Origin: Ignavibacteria bacterium
GTDB lineage: Bacteria; Bacteroidota; Ignavibacteria; Kapaibacteriales; UBA2268
NCBI GenBank assembly: GCA_037440445.1
Contig: JBBIUA010000002.1
Span: 136,848-200,847, forward strand
Length of the DNA stretch: 64,000 bases
Direction of reading: 5' to 3'
A program made the position numbers and the translations under genes. Under the pieces are notes generated by a model. It was not told the origin of the DNA and made no database searches. It worked only from the letters and a program-made list of their open reading frames with translations. Position 1 is the first letter of the stretch, and every line of letters starts with the position of its first letter. Shown here in pieces: positions 8,736 through 17,665 of the stretch.

Positions 8736-9641
8736 TTACTTAATTACTAATGCAACTAGTATTGCTAAAATAAATAAAACAGAGATTATGATAAATAAAT
8801 TTTTGAATTTTGTGTCCACTTTGCTTTGTTGGCTTCTTATTTCATTCAATTGCTGAAATGCAATTCGTATTTCGTCCCGAAATTTTTCTGCCGAACCTTC
8901 GCTGCTTTGCAAAGTAGTTTGTGTTTGCTGCTCAAAATTGTTTAGGATTTGGTCGAGTTTGATAAATTTTCTGTTCAGTTCCTCGGAAAATTCTCCAAAT
9001 CTACCTTCGATTCGTTGTCGTTCTTCGTATAATGTTTGTTTAAATTGTTCAAATTTTTCTTTAAGGGTGTCGAGTTCATCGTAAACAATTTTGGAAAATC
9101 GTGACTGGCTTAAAGTTTGATTTAAAAGTTTCTGGTCGAAATTAGAAAGTTTTTCATCTATTGATTTAAACTTCAGGGCATACTTAACTTCCAACATTTT
9201 TAAAGTTGAGTCAACTTCGTCTTCAAATTTGCGGATAATGTTTTGCGATTGTGTTTCGAATTCCATTTCGAATTTATTTTCGAGAGTTTTTAGTAGGTTG
9301 TCAACCTGTAGCATTTGAATTTTTAATTCAGAATGCATTCTTTCAAGTTCGTTTTTAAGGGATTCAATACGGGAAAGTTCTTTAAATACATTTTCAATTG
9401 TGGCATTTTTTTGCTGAAAATCGGCAATAAAGTTGTTTAAAGTATCTTCAACGAGATGAAATTTTTCTTCTAACTCTTTCGAAAGATGTTGAGCGAAGTT
9501 ATCCAGGTCACTTTGGGTTTGAAGGATTCTTTGACGGGTCTCTTCGAAAAATTCAAAGGCTTTTGAATACTCAAGAGCCTGTTTTTTGATAGTTTCGAAC
9601 AAACCTTTAATTTCTGGACTTATTGCTTTCGATTCGTCCAT
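8736..9641 (-). CDS. Hypothetical coiled-coil protein with C-terminal transmembrane anchor
   Basis: 301 aa, strongly heptad-like and charged (E/K/Q/L-rich), ending in the hydrophobic helix FIIISVLFILAILVALVIK. Confidence 0.45.
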   Translation of the reverse strand: MDESKAISPEIKGLFETIKKQALEYSKAFEFFEETRQRILQTQSDLDNFAQHLSKELEEKFHLVEDTLNNFIADFQQKNATIENVFKELSRIESLKNELERMHSELKIQMLQVDNLLKTLENKFEMEFETQSQNIIRKFEDEVDSTLKMLEVKYALKFKSIDEKLSNFDQKLLNQTLSQSRFSKIVYDELDTLKEKFEQFKQTLYEERQRIEGRFGEFSEELNRKFIKLDQILNNFEQQTQTTLQSSEGSAEKFRDEIRIAFQQLNEIRSQQSKVDTKFKNLFIIISVLFILAILVALVIK

Positions 9642-9871
9642 GCTTTTGTATAATCTATGAAAAACTGCAAACTATGGCAAAGTTCTTCAAGAAAGTGTTT
9701 TTCGAGTATTGTAACTTCGCTTGGAGCAAAATTTAGCAGTATCTCGTTTATATCTTCACGGAATTTTTCATTTTGTTCATAAAAGTAACGCCATTGATAT
9801 TGAAGTAAATCGCCTAATACACCCAATTCGGCAAGTTCTTCGAATATCCTTTTGGGTTTTATTTTCTTCAT
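9620..9871 (-). CDS. Small hypothetical protein (83 aa); overlaps the start of the coiled-coil gene by 22 nt
   Basis: An ORF only, with no recognisable motifs. It fills the gap between the PLP-enzyme gene and the coiled-coil gene on the same strand. Confidence 0.3.
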   Translation of the reverse strand: MKKIKPKRIFEELAELGVLGDLLQYQWRYFYEQNEKFREDINEILLNFAPSEVTILEKHFLEELCHSLQFFIDYTKAWTNRKQ

Positions 9872-9882
9872 AAAAAGTTAAT

Positions 9883-11067
9883 TTATGCAAATTTCAAACC
9901 TTGTTCCAAACCCCAAATTAAGTCTTCAACATCTTCTATTCCAACTGAAAGACGAACTAACCCATCGGTTATTCCTGCTTGTAAGCGTAAATCTTTACTC
10001 ATACTTGCGTGTGTCATACTTGCTGGATGTTGAATTAAAGATTCAACGCCGCCAAGGCTCACAGCAAGTTGCCATATTTTAACATTGTTCATAACTCTTT
10101 TACCTGCTTCAAGCCCGCCTTTTAATTCAAAAGAAATGACACCTCCGCCACCCTTCGATTGTTTCAGTGACAATTCGTATTGTGGATGTGATGGTAAAAA
10201 CGGATACCAAACTTTTTCGACTTTGGGATGGCTTTCAAGAAATTGTGCAATTTTTAGGGCATTTTCACAGTGCTTTTTCATTCTTATCTCAAGTGTTTTA
10301 ATACCTCTGTGGACAAGAAAAGCATTGAATGGGTCGATAACACCACCGAGGAGATTAGATATTTTTCTAAAATGTTTGTAGTCCTCGGCATTTTTCAATA
10401 TTACGATTCCAGCAACTACATCTGCGTGACCATTTAAGAATTTTGTCATACTATGAAGAACAATATCGGCGCCAAGAAGGAGTGGTTGCTGCAAAACAGG
10501 GCTCAGAAAAGTATTGTCGACAACAACTTTTGCACCAAATGAATGTGCAATTTCAGATATTTTTTGAATATCCGATACACTAAGTGTTGGATTGCCTGGT
10601 GTTTCGAAATAAACGATTTTAGTATTTTTTTTGAATGCAGATTCGACTTCCGTTAGGTTGGAAGTGTCTACGAATGTTGTTTCGACACCAAAATTTGCAA
10701 GAATTTGCGTCAAGTAAGAAGTGGTTGGACCATAAACAGAATTTCCACAAATAATATGGTCGCCTTTGGAAACCAATGCAATAAAAACAAGGTTTATTGC
10801 AGCCATTCCACTTGCACAACCTATTGCTTTGGCACCCTGCTCCAGTTCTGAGATTGCATCTTCCATTGCTTCGATGGTTGGATTACCCATTCGTGTGTAG
10901 ATGTACCCAGTTTCTTCTCCCTTGAAAAGACGTGCTCCATGGTCAGCATCTTTAAATTTAAATGTTGAGGTTTGGTATATTGGAGGGACCACAGGACCAA
11001 ATTCATACTCTTTAATACCGGAATGGACACATTTTGTGCCTGTTTTCATACCATCGTTTGTTTCCAT
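9883..11067 (-). CDS. Cys/Met-metabolism PLP-dependent enzyme (methionine gamma-lyase / cystathionine gamma-synthase / O-acetylhomoserine sulfhydrylase family)
   Basis: A 394-aa protein with GNPT, the PLP-lysine context SMTKFLNGHADVVAG, and the conserved C-terminal SLGGVESLIQHPASMTH motif of the gamma-family PLP enzymes. Confidence 0.8.
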   Translation of the reverse strand: METNDGMKTGTKCVHSGIKEYEFGPVVPPIYQTSTFKFKDADHGARLFKGEETGYIYTRMGNPTIEAMEDAISELEQGAKAIGCASGMAAINLVFIALVSKGDHIICGNSVYGPTTSYLTQILANFGVETTFVDTSNLTEVESAFKKNTKIVYFETPGNPTLSVSDIQKISEIAHSFGAKVVVDNTFLSPVLQQPLLLGADIVLHSMTKFLNGHADVVAGIVILKNAEDYKHFRKISNLLGGVIDPFNAFLVHRGIKTLEIRMKKHCENALKIAQFLESHPKVEKVWYPFLPSHPQYELSLKQSKGGGGVISFELKGGLEAGKRVMNNVKIWQLAVSLGGVESLIQHPASMTHASMSKDLRLQAGITDGLVRLSVGIEDVEDLIWGLEQGLKFA

Positions 11068-11222
11068 CTCTTTTTCTAAATAAATAAAAAATTAAATTAA
11101 CAAAAAAAAAGTTAAAGTTCAAATCGAAAGGGATGAATAGGAAGAAAAGGAAAAATAACTACAAATTTTATACCAATTTTATGTAATATTTTTTTGTTTT
11201 ATTATTTTTGTGTATGTAATGA

Positions 11223-11837
11223 GTGAATATTTTAAAGCATATGTCTTTATTAGAGGGAGTTATTTATAACGTTAATGATTTAAATTCTCCTTTCAGATGC
11301 AATGTAGAAATTTGCAAAGGAGCTTGTTGTTTTATTGAAGGAAGTTTAGGAGCCCCATTGAAATCAAATGAGTTGGAACTTATTGAAAAATCACTTCCCA
11401 AAATTTGGGAGATGCTACCAGAGACTTCTCGGAATGTTATTCAATCGAAGGGATGGTATTTAAAAAATAAGGGGAATTATTATACGAATGTTGTTAATAA
11501 TAAAGAATGTGTATTTTTATTTTATGAAAATGGAGTTGGGCGTTGTGCTTTCGAAAGGGCTTTCATTGAAAATAAAATACAATTTCGGAAACCTATATCT
11601 TGTCATCTCTTTCCTATTCGTGAGTACTCATTTTTCTTGACTGAATTGGTTTATGTAAAAATTCCCGAATGCAAATCAGCCATCGAAAATGGAATGATTA
11701 CTTCTACTCCTCTTCTTGTTTCTCTTAAGGATGCCTTAATACGAAGGTTTGGGAAAAGATGGTATACCAATCTTATTAACTCCGAAAGTGCTTTGCCTTC
11801 AATTTCACCGATTGATGATTTGGGAGGTGAAAAATGA
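11223..11837 (+). CDS. Cysteine-rich putative metal/Fe-S-binding protein (CxxxxCxxxCC-type, possibly DUF3109/UPF0153-like); translationally coupled to rpoN
   Basis: 204 aa with the motif FRCNVEICKGACCF plus additional Cys (ECVF, GRCAFERAF, SCHLFPI, PECK). Its stop overlaps the rpoN start (ATGA, 11834-11837). The family name is recalled from memory and unverified. Confidence 0.5.
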   Translation: MNILKHMSLLEGVIYNVNDLNSPFRCNVEICKGACCFIEGSLGAPLKSNELELIEKSLPKIWEMLPETSRNVIQSKGWYLKNKGNYYTNVVNNKECVFLFYENGVGRCAFERAFIENKIQFRKPISCHLFPIREYSFFLTELVYVKIPECKSAIENGMITSTPLLVSLKDALIRRFGKRWYTNLINSESALPSISPIDDLGGEK

Positions 11838-13489
11838 AACCGACTTTAACCACAACTTTAAATTTAACACAGACTCTGACTCCGCAGCAAATTCAGTATT
11901 TGAAACTTTTGCAAATGCCCATACAACAACTGGAACAAATAATAGAAGAGGAGATTTCTGAAAATCCTTTACTTGAAACAGTAGAAAATGGAGAGTCGTT
12001 CGATGATGAATCCTTTGAAACTGCAGGTGACTTAGTAGATGAATTTTCGGATACAAATTTTTCGTCGAACGAGGAACTTTCCTATGAGCCTTTACCACGG
12101 GCAATTGATGAACCAAAGGATCCATTCGAATTTTATCGTAAAATTTGGGAAGACGATGAACTTGCAGCCCGTCGAATTAGTCTGGACAATTATGACGACG
12201 AAGAGAATGAACCTTTCCCAGTACGCCAAAAAGTCACATTTATCGAACAAATGATTCAACAACTTCGACTTTTGCCCTTAAAGGAAGAAGAACTCATTCT
12301 TGGTGAACATATACTTTGGAATGTTGACTCGGATGGGTATTTAAGAACTCCATTGAAAGAAATTGTTGACGATACGAATGAATACATTTTGGAGAGGAAT
12401 TTAGAAGTTCAAAAGGCAAAGATACAAATAATAAACTCCGATAACCCAGCAAATCAATATAAAATTGACCCTGAATCAAAAATTCGTGTTGAACAACTTA
12501 TCGGTAACCCAGAAAATACAACAAGTGGTTCGGAAGAGTTACTAAACCCAGTTAGTATTGATGACGCCGAAAGGGTTTTGAAAATCATTCAAGAACTTGA
12601 TCCTCCTGGGGTTGCCTCCAGAAATTTGCAAGAATGTTTGATAGCCCAAACTCGTGTATACCCCGATAACACCCCTGGAAAGCTCGAAGCATTGAGAATT
12701 CTAACAGAGGCATATGAACTTTTATCCAAAAAGCATTTTCAAAACATACAGAAACAATTAAATATGACACCGGAAGATATTAAGATTGCACTTAATTTTA
12801 TTAAAAAGTTGAATCCAAAGCCTGGAATTGATGATACAGAACCTGAATTGAATTCAATTATTCCTGATTTTATTATTGAAAAGGATAGTGAAACAGGTGA
12901 ATTAGTTGTTATTCTAAACGAGAGCACTATTCCGGCACTTCGAATTAGTAAAACATACGAGGAGATGCGGCGGGAAGCTGTTAAAAGAAAAGAAAAAGAA
13001 GCAACTGCTTGGCTGAAAGCTAAGTATGATGATGCTAAATTTTTGATTCAAGCACTTTCGCAAAGAAGAGCAACTATGCTTAAAGTTATGACTGCCATAG
13101 CAGAAAGACAAAAGAATTTCTTTGTATACGGTCCATCTGCCTTGAAACCAATGATTTACAAAGATATTAGCGAGGATACTGGTTTGGATGTTGCAACTGT
13201 ATGTAGAATTGTCAACAATAAATTTGTTCAAACCGATTTTGGAACGTTTGAATTGAAATATTTCTTTAGCGAATCGTTACCGACCGACGATGGTGAAGAA
13301 GTTTCTACAAAAGTAATCAAACAGGTAATTAAAGAGATAATTGATAATGAACCCAAAGACCAACCATATAGCGATGAAAAAATAGTTGAGGAGTTAAAGA
13401 AGCGTGGTTATAATGTTGCCAGAAGAACTGTTGCCAAATACCGCGAGCAGATGAAAATTCCAATTGCTCGGTTAAGGAAAGAGTTTTAA
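11834..13489 (+). CDS. rpoN: RNA polymerase sigma-54 factor
   Basis: 551 aa with an N-terminal Gln/Leu-rich activator-interacting region, an acidic region, and the C-terminal RpoN box ARRTVAKYRE. Confidence 0.9.
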   Translation: MKPTLTTTLNLTQTLTPQQIQYLKLLQMPIQQLEQIIEEEISENPLLETVENGESFDDESFETAGDLVDEFSDTNFSSNEELSYEPLPRAIDEPKDPFEFYRKIWEDDELAARRISLDNYDDEENEPFPVRQKVTFIEQMIQQLRLLPLKEEELILGEHILWNVDSDGYLRTPLKEIVDDTNEYILERNLEVQKAKIQIINSDNPANQYKIDPESKIRVEQLIGNPENTTSGSEELLNPVSIDDAERVLKIIQELDPPGVASRNLQECLIAQTRVYPDNTPGKLEALRILTEAYELLSKKHFQNIQKQLNMTPEDIKIALNFIKKLNPKPGIDDTEPELNSIIPDFIIEKDSETGELVVILNESTIPALRISKTYEEMRREAVKRKEKEATAWLKAKYDDAKFLIQALSQRRATMLKVMTAIAERQKNFFVYGPSALKPMIYKDISEDTGLDVATVCRIVNNKFVQTDFGTFELKYFFSESLPTDDGEEVSTKVIKQVIKEIIDNEPKDQPYSDEKIVEELKKRGYNVARRTVAKYREQMKIPIARLRKEF

Positions 13490-13502
13490 TATTTTTTGTT
13501 TT

Positions 13503-14129
13503 ATGTTAGAAATTCAAGATTGGGGTTTAATAGATTATTTCAGGGCATGGGAAAGGCAAAGACAATTAGCCAAAGAGATTGCTCAATTTAGAAATCGTAA
13601 TGTTTTTGTAGTATGTGAACATCCAACAGTTATAACAGTTGGAAGAGCGGGCAAAAGCGAAAATATTCTTTTGCCAACAAAATTTCTTGAGTCCAAAGGA
13701 ATCAAGGTCGCCTACATTGAGCGAGGTGGAGATGTGACTTTACATAATCCTGGTCAACTTGTTGGTTATCCAATTTTCAATCTTTATGATTATCGAACGG
13801 ATTTACATTGGTTTCTTAGGGAAATAGAGAATGCAATAATTGAATTACTTCGGTCGTTTAATATTATTGGTGAGCGTATTGATGGATTGACTGGAGTATG
13901 GGTTGGCAGGAAAAGGAAGATTTGTGCGATAGGATTGCATTGTTCACGATGGGTTACTTTTCATGGTTTTGCTTTGAACGTTTGCAACAACTTAGACGAG
14001 TTCAATTATATTGTTCCTTGTGGAATAAAAGACAAAGAAGTAACATCGATTTCGAAAGAACTTGGCACAAAAATTGATATTACTGAAGTGAAGTTTAAAT
14101 GTATAAAGTTCTTTGAAAAGAGGTTTTAA
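13503..14129 (+). CDS. lipB: Lipoyl(octanoyl) transferase
   Basis: 208 aa; VITVGRAG, ERGGDVTLHNPGQLVGYPI and AIGL...HGFALN are typical of LipB. Confidence 0.85.
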   Translation: MLEIQDWGLIDYFRAWERQRQLAKEIAQFRNRNVFVVCEHPTVITVGRAGKSENILLPTKFLESKGIKVAYIERGGDVTLHNPGQLVGYPIFNLYDYRTDLHWFLREIENAIIELLRSFNIIGERIDGLTGVWVGRKRKICAIGLHCSRWVTFHGFALNVCNNLDEFNYIVPCGIKDKEVTSISKELGTKIDITEVKFKCIKFFEKRF

Positions 14130-14202
14130 AAGTTTTAAAAAAATTTGGAAAATTCAAAAAATCTTTGTAATTTTGTAACCCCAAAATATTTATCTTTGAC
14201 AA

Positions 14203-14275
<73 letters not shown>

Positions 14276-14315
14276 CGGCGGATTCCCCAACCGCTACTTC
14301 CTCGTTATGCTGCAT

Positions 14316-14362
14316 GCCTTGCTATCTTTCCCCCCGATGGCAAGGCTTTTTTATTTTATTTT
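14316..14362 (+). terminator. Intrinsic terminator downstream of tRNA-Gly
   Basis: GCCTTGC...GCAAGGC 7-bp stem with a long C-rich loop, followed by TTTTTTATTTTATTTTTTTC. Confidence 0.45.
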
Positions 14363-14399
14363 TTTCTTATTATTTTTGTTTTCACTTTATTAATTTTTT

Positions 14400-15290
14400 A
14401 TGAAAAAGATTGGTATTTACGAAAACACATCCAAACCTCAAGCAATTGAGTGTGCGGTACACGCAGCCCGAAAATTGATAAAGATGGGTGTTCAATGTTT
14501 TGCAAAAAAAGAATTTTTAGAAAAAATTGACCCCGAACTGGCAAAGAATTTTTTCGAAATTAAAGAAAATGAACTCGAAAGATATATCGATGTTCTGATT
14601 TCCTTCGGTGGAGATGGCACTATGCTGTCTGCTGCCAACCTTTTGATTAAATCTAATATTCCTATAATGGGTGTTAATGTAGGTAAACTTGGTTTTCTGG
14701 CAGAATATTCAATATCGGATTTGGATAAAGCATTAATTGACCTTGTAGAAGGAAATTTCCGTGTTGTTGAAAGAAGTGTGCTCGAAGCGAATGTGAAAGG
14801 AAATATCTACTATGCTTTAAACGATTTTGTTATTGAAAAAAGGGGTTCTTCCCGAATGATTACCGTATCGGCATATACAAACGAACATTATATTGGTGAT
14901 TACCGTGCGGATGGTTTGATAATTACAACTCCAACTGGTTCGACTGCTTATTCTCTTTCTTGTGGTGGGCCAATCCTTTCTCCATCGACTAAAGTTATTT
15001 GTTTGACACCGATTGCTCCACATTCTCTTACATATAGGCCCCTGGTTCTTCCCGATACGAATGAAATTGATTTGATTACTTTTTCTCCCACTGGTGAATC
15101 TAATTTCGTTGCCGATGGTCGGACAACAGTAAAAATTTTGGACAATGAAAATATTCACATTAAAAAGTCCGATTACGTTGTCAAACTTGTAAAACCTGTA
15201 AACAGTACCTATTATGATCTTCTTCGAAAAAAATTGCTTTGGGCGGCGAATGTAATAGATGAACCTCCAAAATGTGAAAAAAAAGAGTAA
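14400..15290 (+). CDS. nadK: NAD+ kinase
   Basis: GGDGTML motif (LISFGGDGTMLSAANLL), NDFVIEK, and TPTGSTAYSLSCGGPIL. Confidence 0.85.
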   Translation: MKKIGIYENTSKPQAIECAVHAARKLIKMGVQCFAKKEFLEKIDPELAKNFFEIKENELERYIDVLISFGGDGTMLSAANLLIKSNIPIMGVNVGKLGFLAEYSISDLDKALIDLVEGNFRVVERSVLEANVKGNIYYALNDFVIEKRGSSRMITVSAYTNEHYIGDYRADGLIITTPTGSTAYSLSCGGPILSPSTKVICLTPIAPHSLTYRPLVLPDTNEIDLITFSPTGESNFVADGRTTVKILDNENIHIKKSDYVVKLVKPVNSTYYDLLRKKLLWAANVIDEPPKCEKKE

Positions 15291-15295
15291 CCAAT

Positions 15296-16120
15296 ATGGA
15301 TCCAAGTTCATATTTTCATTGGAATGGAAGCCCTGAAATCTTAAGGATAGGAGGGTTTGCAATTCGCTGGTATGGGGTTCTATTTGCTCTTGGTTTTATT
15401 ATTGGCTATCAAATAATGAGTTATATTTTCAAACGGGAAAACAGAAACCCAAAAGATTTGGAGAGTCTAGTCTTTTATGTTATTATTGGTACGGTTGTAG
15501 GGGCTCGGCTTGGGCATTGTTTTTTTTACGAGCCTGAATATTATCTTCAAAATCCACAAGAAATTTTAATGGTTTGGCATGGAGGTTTGGCAAGTCATGG
15601 TGGGGCTTTAGGGGTATTGATTGCGCTTTGGCTTTATGTCCGAAAACATTCTAAAATCAAAATGCTTTGGTTACTGGATAGGATTGTTATTCCAACAGCA
15701 CTTGCTGCTTCGTTTATTAGAATTGGGAACTTTTTTAATCACGAGATAATTGGCAAGCCAACTGACGTTCCTTGGGCAATTGTTTTTAATATTTATCAAG
15801 GGCGAGAAGTAATAGGTATGACTCCGCCGGTGCATCCTTCTCAACTCTACGAAGCTTTAGCATATCTGATTATCTTCGTTTTGTTGTTTATTTTTTATAA
15901 GAAAAACAATTTCCAAAGCGATGGTGTCCCTTTTGGGTTGTTTTTTTTTATGGTTTTTGTCTCTCGTTTTTTAATTGAATTTACAAAAGCACCTCAAGCG
16001 GATTTCGAAAAGTTTTTGCCTTTGAGTATGGGACAAATATTAAGTATACCATTTATTATTGCTGGTGGATATTTTGTTTTCAGAGGTTTATTTAAAAATA
16101 AATTAAAGAATACCACCTAA
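15296..16120 (+). CDS. lgt: Prolipoprotein diacylglyceryl transferase
   Basis: IRWYGVLFALGF, HGGLASHGG and the PSQLYEAL signature, in a polytopic membrane protein. Confidence 0.85.
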   Translation: MDPSSYFHWNGSPEILRIGGFAIRWYGVLFALGFIIGYQIMSYIFKRENRNPKDLESLVFYVIIGTVVGARLGHCFFYEPEYYLQNPQEILMVWHGGLASHGGALGVLIALWLYVRKHSKIKMLWLLDRIVIPTALAASFIRIGNFFNHEIIGKPTDVPWAIVFNIYQGREVIGMTPPVHPSQLYEALAYLIIFVLLFIFYKKNNFQSDGVPFGLFFFMVFVSRFLIEFTKAPQADFEKFLPLSMGQILSIPFIIAGGYFVFRGLFKNKLKNTT

Positions 16121-16132
16121 TTTAATATTTGA

Positions 16133-16894
16133 TTAAAACTTTCCTGAATATTGTATCAAGATATTCCTTTCGGTACCAGTGCTTGAACGAAAATTCTTCA
16201 AAAGGTCTTTTAAAATCAATCCAATTTTTACATTTGGTTTAAGCAGAAAGACTGTTGAAAAATTCAATAGTCCTTTGCGTAACATAACAACTTCGTTTGA
16301 TTCGTCAAGGTTTGAGTTGTATTCAAGATTCAATTGTAGATATTGAAATATGAATTGAGAGAAACCGCCATACAAGTTAATCCCTCGGCTGTTTGGTTTT
16401 GGTTCAAGTGAGTAGTTGATTCCTAATGAAACATCGAAGATTCCAAAGAAATTTTTGAAACCTTTACTTGCCACAAGGTAAATACCCGGAGAATAAGCCT
16501 GGAATCTTTCCAATTCTTTGTAATAGTTACCAAAACCTTGTGTAGATAAACCTATTGATAGCGCAGGGAATGTTCTACGTTCGTCAAAAAAACGAAATTT
16601 AATTTGAACACCGGGAAGATGTTGAAAATTAACCTCGCCCGAGCCAATAATATTTGTACCGCTATAAGAAATCCCAAGCATAAAGTTTGTAAAGGGGGAT
16701 AGAAGGAATCCAAGTCTCATTCCTCCATTATTAAAGAAGTTCGATTGAATTGCAAAGGTTCCTTTGGGTAGAATACCAGCGGTTGGCAATTCAACAATTT
16801 CAATAGGTTCGGTCGCATTGGCTTTAAAACTTAAAAGTGATAGTAATGAAAATATTAACAGAAAAAAACATAAATTATTTGTTTTTAATCTCAT
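16133..16894 (-). CDS. Outer-membrane beta-barrel protein (unassigned; possibly a T9SS-associated PorP/PorT-like barrel)
   Basis: Signal peptide (MRLKTNNLCFFLLIFSLLSLLSFKANA), alternating amphipathic beta-strand pattern and a C-terminal ...YSGKF. I prefer the start at 16894 over the extended ORF (17065), which would read through the upstream gene. Confidence 0.45.
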   Translation of the reverse strand: MRLKTNNLCFFLLIFSLLSLLSFKANATEPIEIVELPTAGILPKGTFAIQSNFFNNGGMRLGFLLSPFTNFMLGISYSGTNIIGSGEVNFQHLPGVQIKFRFFDERRTFPALSIGLSTQGFGNYYKELERFQAYSPGIYLVASKGFKNFFGIFDVSLGINYSLEPKPNSRGINLYGGFSQFIFQYLQLNLEYNSNLDESNEVVMLRKGLLNFSTVFLLKPNVKIGLILKDLLKNFRSSTGTERNILIQYSGKF

Positions 16895-17663
16895 TTTCTG
16901 CAGAGTTATAACCTTTGGTTGTTGGTACATTAGATTTAAGTTCAGAAATTGTGATTTCAACACGGCGATTTCGAGCTTTGTTTTCTGGGGTTGAGTTATC
17001 GGCGATGGGGCGTTGGTCGGCAAAACCTCGAACAACAATAGAATATTCTGGGACTCCTTTTTCAATTAAGAAATATGCAACATTAACAGCACGAGCAACG
17101 GAAAGATGCCAGTTCGAAGGATAACGGAAGTTGCTTATAGGGTCACTATCGGTGTGCCCATCAATTGCAACTTCTTGGTCCTGGGCTAAACCGCGAAGAG
17201 AACCACTTAATTTTTCAAGTATCGAAATTCCTTCGGGTTCAATTTCGGCTTTACCTGATTTAAAAAGTAATTTTTCGGGCAAAGTAATAATTACGTTTTG
17301 TCCACGAGTAACTACAGAAATTTCACCTTGTTTGATATATTTTTCCAAGGACTTTTCAACGTCGGATTGAATTTCCTGTAGACTCCGGCGGTCGGGAAAT
17401 GGCAAGACTGGCTCTGGTATTCCTTTTCGAACTCCTTGAAAAGGACTTAAACCAGTACCATGGTATTCTTCGCCTTTTTGTGGCTTAAAGTAATCTGCGA
17501 AGGCTTTTGCGAATTCCTTATATTTTTCTTCGTCAACTCGGGAACTAACATATAAAATTACAAATAAGCCAAGAAGTAGTGTAACCAGGTCAGCATAAGT
17601 TATTAAATATCGGTCGGGACTTGTTCGGCTGGAATCTTCTTCTTTAATATTTTTCTTAAACAT
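16875..17663 (-). CDS. MotB-like/OmpA-family protein (N-terminal TM helix plus C-terminal OmpA-like peptidoglycan-binding domain)
   Basis: The N-terminus YLITYADLVTLLLGLFVILYV resembles the MotB plug/TM region. The C-terminus has the OmpA_C-like motif pair (DGHTDSDPI...NWHLSVARAVNV...NRRVEI). Confidence 0.7.
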   Translation of the reverse strand: MFKKNIKEEDSSRTSPDRYLITYADLVTLLLGLFVILYVSSRVDEEKYKEFAKAFADYFKPQKGEEYHGTGLSPFQGVRKGIPEPVLPFPDRRSLQEIQSDVEKSLEKYIKQGEISVVTRGQNVIITLPEKLLFKSGKAEIEPEGISILEKLSGSLRGLAQDQEVAIDGHTDSDPISNFRYPSNWHLSVARAVNVAYFLIEKGVPEYSIVVRGFADQRPIADNSTPENKARNRRVEITISELKSNVPTTKGYNSAENEIKNK

Positions 17664-17665
17664 TT

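Noticed and set aside
14817-15362. 181-aa minus-strand ORF
   Set aside because: Antisense to nadK (GGDGTML motif present on the + strand), with no motifs.
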